This document shows, piece after piece, positions 59,162 to 64,000 of a stretch of 64,000 bases of DNA. Origin of the DNA: a virus (taxonomy: Duplodnaviria > Caudoviricetes); IMG/VR virus record IMGVR_UViG_3300010167_000010, positions 64,001 through 128,000 of that record; one strand, 5' to 3'. Every line of letters starts with the position of its first letter. The stretch's first letter is position 1. The notes beneath the pieces were generated by a model, which saw nothing but the letters and a program-made list of their open reading frames with translations, was not told the DNA's origin and did not search any database. Both the position numbers and the translations under genes were made by a program.

Positions 59162-59446
59162 ATGAAAATAAGAACAGGTTTTGTAAGTAATAGTTCTAGC
59201 AGCTCATTTTGTATTTTTGGTACTTATGAAAATCTTACTAGCGAAATGATAGATAAATTAGAAGATGCTGGTTTTAGCGTTTATGATCCATGGGAATCAT
59301 CATGTCAATATGCTGGCATGGATTGTGATAAAATGGAAATGGATGAAACTCGTCGTCAATTTGAAGATCGTGTTACAAAAAAATTAGAAGAATTAGGATA
59401 TAAAGGTCCATTTGGACACTATCGTGAAGGCTGGTATAATGGGTAA
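59162..59446 (+). CDS. FVSNSSSSSF-motif protein 3
   Basis: MKIRTGFVSNSSSSSFCI N-terminus; GGAG SD. Confidence 0.8.
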   Translation: MKIRTGFVSNSSSSSFCIFGTYENLTSEMIDKLEDAGFSVYDPWESSCQYAGMDCDKMEMDETRRQFEDRVTKKLEELGYKGPFGHYREGWYNG

Positions 59447-59558
59447 AATCTTATGTTATTTAGGATTTCACGATTGGGAATATTGTTATGATACAGCTTC
59501 CCATGCACCCGTTAAACATTGTATAAAATGTGGAATTAAAATATTGAGGTGTACATGA
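59439..59558 (+). CDS. 39-aa zinc-finger-like peptide (DUF1660-like)
   Basis: MGKILCYLGFHDW...HCIKCG; below the ORF-track cutoff. Confidence 0.5.
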   Translation: MGKILCYLGFHDWEYCYDTASHAPVKHCIKCGIKILRCT

Positions 59559-59854
59559 TAAAAATTATATTTTTAATTATTTTAGTTTTATTTATTGGGT
59601 GTTCTTCATTTGAAGATAAAGTAACAATATCTCAAGTAATAATTTTTGATGAAGAACTTTTTACTATCTATAGTTCACAAACTCCTAGGGGTCCAATGAG
59701 AGGAGATATAGCTATTGTTGGTCTTCTTCATACAAGAGGTAGAGTATTTCCAATTACAGTTTTTGGAAAACAAGATGAACATACTGATAAAGTAATAGAT
59801 AATATTGGTAGATCACTTCCAGTAAAAGAATGGGAAAAGTTAATTTCAAATTAA
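59555..59854 (+). CDS. putative lipoprotein
   Basis: MIKIIFLIILVLFIG-C signal peptide and lipobox; GAGG SD. Confidence 0.65.
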   Translation: MIKIIFLIILVLFIGCSSFEDKVTISQVIIFDEELFTIYSSQTPRGPMRGDIAIVGLLHTRGRVFPITVFGKQDEHTDKVIDNIGRSLPVKEWEKLISN

Positions 59855-59863
59855 GAGGATAAC

Positions 59864-60580
59864 ATGAAAATAAGAAATGGATTTGTAAGTAATAGTTCAA
59901 GTAGTTCTTTTGTAATTAATGTTGCAGATATATTTATAATACCTGGAATGCCAAAAACTTTAAAAGATAGAAAAACTTTAATTGTGCCATTTATTTTTGG
60001 CGGAGAAACTTGTTTTGGTAGACAACGAGAAAATTATTCAGATTTTGGCAGTCGTTTAAATTGGGCTTATCTTCAAGCGAGATCATTAAAAAGAGCTTAC
60101 GATCTTTTACAACAAGATCCAACAATGAGTGTTCAACATACTCAAAAATCTATAAACTTAATAAAGAAACATAATAATGATATTACTATTTTAGAAGAAA
60201 TATTAAAAGAAAATTTAAAAATAGAAAATATAGAATGGAGATTATTACACGATTATGAAAAACCACCAACTAGATGGGAAAACGAATATCACAGTGGTCC
60301 TGGTGGAAACGAACCATTAGGTTATGTTCAAGGATATATTGATCATCAATCTACTTGGTATGATAGACCAGAAGAGTACTTAAATATTTTTGAAAATAAA
60401 GAATCTATTTTTCAATGGCTTTTCGGTGATGGGAATTATGTTGCAAATCGTTCTGATGAGTACGAAGATGCATCAGATCCGGAAGTAAATCATTTATTTG
60501 ATTATATGACATATGAATTATATTACAATGAACAAGATAATCCTGAGAAGTTTGATCAAAAAGGTAATTTTATAGAGTAA
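59864..60580 (+). CDS. FVSNSSSSSF-motif protein 4
   Basis: MKIRNGFVSNSSSSSFVI N-terminus; internal YIDHQS. Confidence 0.8.
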   Translation: MKIRNGFVSNSSSSSFVINVADIFIIPGMPKTLKDRKTLIVPFIFGGETCFGRQRENYSDFGSRLNWAYLQARSLKRAYDLLQQDPTMSVQHTQKSINLIKKHNNDITILEEILKENLKIENIEWRLLHDYEKPPTRWENEYHSGPGGNEPLGYVQGYIDHQSTWYDRPEEYLNIFENKESIFQWLFGDGNYVANRSDEYEDASDPEVNHLFDYMTYELYYNEQDNPEKFDQKGNFIE

Positions 60581-60608
60581 CTTCTTATATAATATCAGGA
60601 ATTATATT

Positions 60609-61268
60609 ATGGATTTTCAAGTAGCTTTAATGCATAGACGAAAATTTCCCAGAATTGGTCATACTATTGATAGTAAAAGTATGCAGGCCGATGATTTTGT
60701 AGTTAATCCAAATTTTTTACATAAAAATGTAGTAATTACTGAAAAACTTGATGGTGAAAATACTGTTATGGGCAATCGTTATATACATGCCAGATCTTTA
60801 GATAGTGGCGGAGCTGCATGGAGAACAATGGTGGCCGCAATTCACGCTAAAATTAGTTCGCATATTCCCGAAACAATGAGAATATGTGGAGAAAATATGC
60901 AAGGAAAACATAGTATCGAATATGAACTTGATTATCCTTTTTATGTTTTTCAAGTTACAGATAAACAAAAAGTATTAAGTTGGGACGATACATTAGTAAT
61001 ATGTGAATGTTTAGAATTACCTGCTGTCCCAGAAATTTATCGTGGAGAATATCATCCAGATTTAATTAAATTAGCATACAGTTTATATCAAAATAATTCA
61101 TTAAATGATGAAATTGAAGGATATGTAATTCGTAATGTAGACGAATTTAATGAATCTGATTTTGATAAAAATATAGCAAAATGGGTTAGACCTAATCATG
61201 TTCAAACAGATGAACATTGGACCAAAAATTGGACACCAAATAAAATAAGGAATAAATCGTGTTATTAG
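60609..61268 (+). CDS. RNA ligase family nucleotidyltransferase
   Basis: Motif I TEKLDGEN, ARS, CGEN, FYVF, EGYVIR, AKWVR. Confidence 0.85.
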   Translation: MDFQVALMHRRKFPRIGHTIDSKSMQADDFVVNPNFLHKNVVITEKLDGENTVMGNRYIHARSLDSGGAAWRTMVAAIHAKISSHIPETMRICGENMQGKHSIEYELDYPFYVFQVTDKQKVLSWDDTLVICECLELPAVPEIYRGEYHPDLIKLAYSLYQNNSLNDEIEGYVIRNVDEFNESDFDKNIAKWVRPNHVQTDEHWTKNWTPNKIRNKSCY

Positions 61269-61789
61269 TAACTGTAGGAATTTCTGGAAGCGGGAAAAAT
61301 AGATTAAAAGATTTTTTAGATCAATATTTTAGTAGCAAAGGAATTGCATTTACTAATGTTGAACCAGATGCAATACGTCGAAAAATGTGGGGAGACGTAA
61401 ACGAGCAAAAAAATGGCCACTTAGTTTTTAAGAAAGCTGGAGAACAAATTATTAAAGGTATTATTGAAAACAAAATAGTATTTTTTAATGCAACAAATAC
61501 AAACTGGTCACGTCTTAAAGCTTTTGTAGAAGAAAATACAGATTATACTCAAAAAGTTATTTATATTTTTATGATGGATAGCTTAAACTTTAATATTTGT
61601 AAACAACGTGTAAATGATGATATTAAAAGTAATATAGATAGATCTCGCGTTCCTGACGATATAATTTATCGTCAGTATCAAAATTTTCAAACATGTTTTA
61701 GAAATGCAAAAGATGATCATGAAGCAGAAATTTATGAATATGACGGGCAATATCATAAGCTTATTCTTTATATCGAAAAGTTAATTTAA
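61259..61789 (+). CDS. polynucleotide kinase-like P-loop protein (AAA_33)
   Basis: VGISGSGK, PDAIRR, NATN, R...R..VP. Confidence 0.75.
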   Translation: MLLVTVGISGSGKNRLKDFLDQYFSSKGIAFTNVEPDAIRRKMWGDVNEQKNGHLVFKKAGEQIIKGIIENKIVFFNATNTNWSRLKAFVEENTDYTQKVIYIFMMDSLNFNICKQRVNDDIKSNIDRSRVPDDIIYRQYQNFQTCFRNAKDDHEAEIYEYDGQYHKLILYIEKLI

Positions 61790-61793
61790 TATT

Positions 61794-62306
61794 ATGAAAT
61801 CAATATTACTCATCGTTCATGGGATGGATGGGTCTGGAAAAGAAAATTTACGAGATAAATTATTAAATTATTATAAACATAATTTTATTACTGTAGATTT
61901 AGAAGATATAAAGAATAATGCAATTGGCTCTTTAAATGAGAATACCCAACAATGGGTATTACAAATTGCTTATCATATTTTAAACAGTACTCAAGAAAAT
62001 AATATTTTATATTTCGATGTTAAAAGTTTTTATTGGGAAGACTTAAAAGAATTTATAAATAAAAGTGCACCTGATACTAAACAAATCTATTTATTTTTAG
62101 AAGATTCATTAGATCCAAAATTATGTATAAATAGAGCAAACGAAGAAATAGAAAACTCTTTGAATAAAGACATTATTACACCAGAAGAAATGATACTACA
62201 ATATAATAGTTTTATAGATAGTTTAGAAAAAGCTAAATTAGAAAATAACTACTATATTTACAACGATTTTGATAAGTTAATATCTTATATTAAGGAGAAT
62301 ATATGA
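61794..62306 (+). CDS. degenerate paralog of the P-loop kinase
   Basis: HGMDGSGKE.L and F..DSL...C..R shared with 61259..61789; class A motif at 61779-61788. Confidence 0.65.
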   Translation: MKSILLIVHGMDGSGKENLRDKLLNYYKHNFITVDLEDIKNNAIGSLNENTQQWVLQIAYHILNSTQENNILYFDVKSFYWEDLKEFINKSAPDTKQIYLFLEDSLDPKLCINRANEEIENSLNKDIITPEEMILQYNSFIDSLEKAKLENNYYIYNDFDKLISYIKENI

Positions 62307-62575
62307 CAATAGAAATTATAAAAACAGAAACTATAGAAATAAAACCGGGAATTGAAACTATTTATTTTTATCACTCTGAGGACCCAACATTAAATAATTT
62401 AATTTATGTGTCGTCCCGCGATGATGACTTTAAAAATGCTGCAAGTTTTCTAAGATTAGATAATAAACCAATAGTTTTACGAAAAATTGAAGGAACTGAA
62501 AAAGAATGGTTTGAATTAAGAAAAGAAAAAGAAGAACTTATGGCTCAGGGAACAAAATGGGAAGAAAACTCTTAA
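62303..62575 (+). CDS. hypothetical protein
   Basis: 90 aa, AAGGAG SD. Confidence 0.65.
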   Translation: MTIEIIKTETIEIKPGIETIYFYHSEDPTLNNLIYVSSRDDDFKNAASFLRLDNKPIVLRKIEGTEKEWFELRKEKEELMAQGTKWEENS

Positions 62576-63159
62576 AAATATTTGATAATGAAATTAAAAA
62601 AATAAATGATGAATCTTTAAAAAGAGCTGTCAAAGATATTTTAATTTTATGTGATGATAAAAATGCCGTTGGCGCCGCATCGTCTTCTGGAAAATATCAT
62701 CCACAATTTAGTTTAGGAGAAGGTGGCTTAATTAGGCATACAAAAGCAGTATGTCTATTTGTAGAAAGAATTCTTTCTATGATGCCACAATATGACAATA
62801 AAGAAGCTTGGGATATTCCTTATTGTGCTGCAATTCTACATGATATGTGTAAATATATAAAAGGTCAAGAATATACTGAAATGCAACATCCTCTTATTAT
62901 GGGAAAAATGATAAGAGAATATGCTAAAGAAAAATTTGCTAATTTTGATAATTTAATAGAAGGCGATTATACTAAAATGTTATTGGTTGCAGATGCTGTA
63001 GAATGTCATATGAGTAGATGGCATACTGATAAAAAAACGGGTAAACCATTAGGAATACCACCTACAAAAATGGAACATTATATTGTTGCTATTGCAGATA
63101 TGATAAGCGCAACTAGAAATATTAAAATTGATTTTGATGAAAATAATAACATCAACTAA
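62557..63159 (+). CDS. HD-domain phosphohydrolase
   Basis: ASSSGKYHP...GGLIRHT, LHDMCK, HP, HM, AD. Confidence 0.85.
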   Translation: MGRKLLKIFDNEIKKINDESLKRAVKDILILCDDKNAVGAASSSGKYHPQFSLGEGGLIRHTKAVCLFVERILSMMPQYDNKEAWDIPYCAAILHDMCKYIKGQEYTEMQHPLIMGKMIREYAKEKFANFDNLIEGDYTKMLLVADAVECHMSRWHTDKKTGKPLGIPPTKMEHYIVAIADMISATRNIKIDFDENNNIN

Positions 63160-63164
63160 TTATT

Positions 63165-63386
63165 ATGAATAAAGCACTTTATTATTTTAAAACCGAGTAT
63201 AATCACGAAGAACATGATTTATATCAATTATATGGTGAAGATTATTCTCATTTAAAATATTGCTTAGAAAAGAAAGAATTATTAGATCCAGCAGACGAAG
63301 TATTAGAAAAAGAAATGAAATGTATTATTGATGCTTTTATGCATGAAAAATTTCAGGAGAATAAAAAAAGAAGACGTGCTTATTAA
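63165..63386 (+). CDS. hypothetical protein
   Basis: 73 aa; class B motif at 63154-63162, 2 nt before ATG. Confidence 0.65.
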   Translation: MNKALYYFKTEYNHEEHDLYQLYGEDYSHLKYCLEKKELLDPADEVLEKEMKCIIDAFMHEKFQENKKRRRAY

Positions 63387-63628
63387 TGAACTTTGTACCG
63401 GGTACTTTAGTAAAAATATCTAATCTCTCAAAATCTAGTTATTATGTTTATAAATCTTATTTACAATATACACCGTTGCTTATTTGTCCATGTCATGTTA
63501 AACGAGATAAAATATTAAGAGTTGAAGATGTATTCGATAATGGATTAGTTATACTATCTATAAAAGGTTCTAAAGCATTAACTATGACTTACAAATCTGA
63601 CTTGGAGGCTATATATGAACGATATTGA
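63386..63628 (+). CDS. hypothetical protein
   Basis: 80 aa; TAATG overlap. Confidence 0.6.
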   Translation: MNFVPGTLVKISNLSKSSYYVYKSYLQYTPLLICPCHVKRDKILRVEDVFDNGLVILSIKGSKALTMTYKSDLEAIYERY

Positions 63629-64000
63629 AAAAACAGAAAAATTTTATAATCGTTATTCTAAATATAGAATTATGGAAATACAAACAGATAGAAGATTACA
63701 AGTAACTTCATTTAAACAACTTCTTAAAAATTTTAATCTTTATGATACACCTTCTGATATTTCAGATGAAGAAAACTTTATAGATAAAATAGACCATCTT
63801 TTAAAATCAAACTTATCTCTTTATGAGGTAAAAAATTTTTATAGTTATCTTAAACTCGTGTATGATAAAGCATTATATCAATATCATAATTTTATAGAAA
63901 AAGATTTTGAAGATATTGATAACATTAAGATGAAAAAAGATGAGGAAATTTCTGATTTGAAAACTACCCTCCAAAGAACTACAGATTTACTATTAGATTA
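63615..64000 (+). CDS. 3'-truncated hypothetical protein
   Basis: GGAGG SD, ATG 63615 (MNDIEKTEKF...), frame open to the window end. Confidence 0.6.
   Translation, partial: MNDIEKTEKFYNRYSKYRIMEIQTDRRLQVTSFKQLLKNFNLYDTPSDISDEENFIDKIDHLLKSNLSLYEVKNFYSYLKLVYDKALYQYHNFIEKDFEDIDNIKMKKDEEISDLKTTLQRTTDLLLD

Noticed and set aside
58332-59920. CRISPR-like or DNA repeat array from the repeated ATGAAAATAAGAA...AGTAAT starts
   Set aside because: Copies differ at synonymous positions and are separated by long ORF bodies; conservation is at the protein level.
1-64000. Stop-codon reassignment as in some large gut phages
   Set aside because: Known enzymes are full-length in code 11, TAA/TAG/TGA all end genes at tight junctions, and neither tRNA is a suppressor.

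Overview
The window is an AT-rich, densely coded segment of a large, probably jumbo, contractile-tailed dsDNA phage with T4-like traits. It reads in the standard code 11. The host is probably an anaerobe; spirochaetal-type lipoboxes, a hemerythrin and a split NrdD hint at a Treponema-like spirochaete (inference). Layout: (1) 1-20.7 kb, mostly + strand: NAD synthetase, SNF2-like helicase and a nucleotide/DNA-modification region. That region holds a T4 gp42-like dCMP hydroxymethylase, two dNMP kinases, dCMP deaminase, an NDP-sugar epimerase, a GmhA-like isomerase, a UDP-galactopyranose-mutase-like flavoprotein, two TAGT/GREB1-like glycosyltransferases flanking an FkbM methyltransferase, and a divergent C5 cytosine MTase. 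(2) 22.5-27 kb: HU-like protein, GMP reductase and a class III RNR whose glycyl-radical domain is a separate gene. (3) 27-54.4 kb: virion genes (large proteins, baseplate hub/spike, membrane proteins, tail fibres with InlB B-repeats). (4) 54.4-64 kb: small accessory genes, a structured ncRNA candidate, tRNA-Pro and tRNA-Gln, a radical SAM enzyme followed by four proteins sharing an N-terminal MKIRxGFVSNSSSSSF motif, and an RNA ligase/PNK/HD repair module. Two recurrent promoter-like motifs (AGTTAATHTA and WACTAAWTA) often lie so close to ATG that many transcripts look leaderless. The best candidates for undescribed systems are the furanose/heptose plus O-methyl glycosylation pathway linked to hmC synthesis, and the radical SAM plus SNSSSSS-protein array. 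All family calls come from motif recognition by eye; no searches were run.
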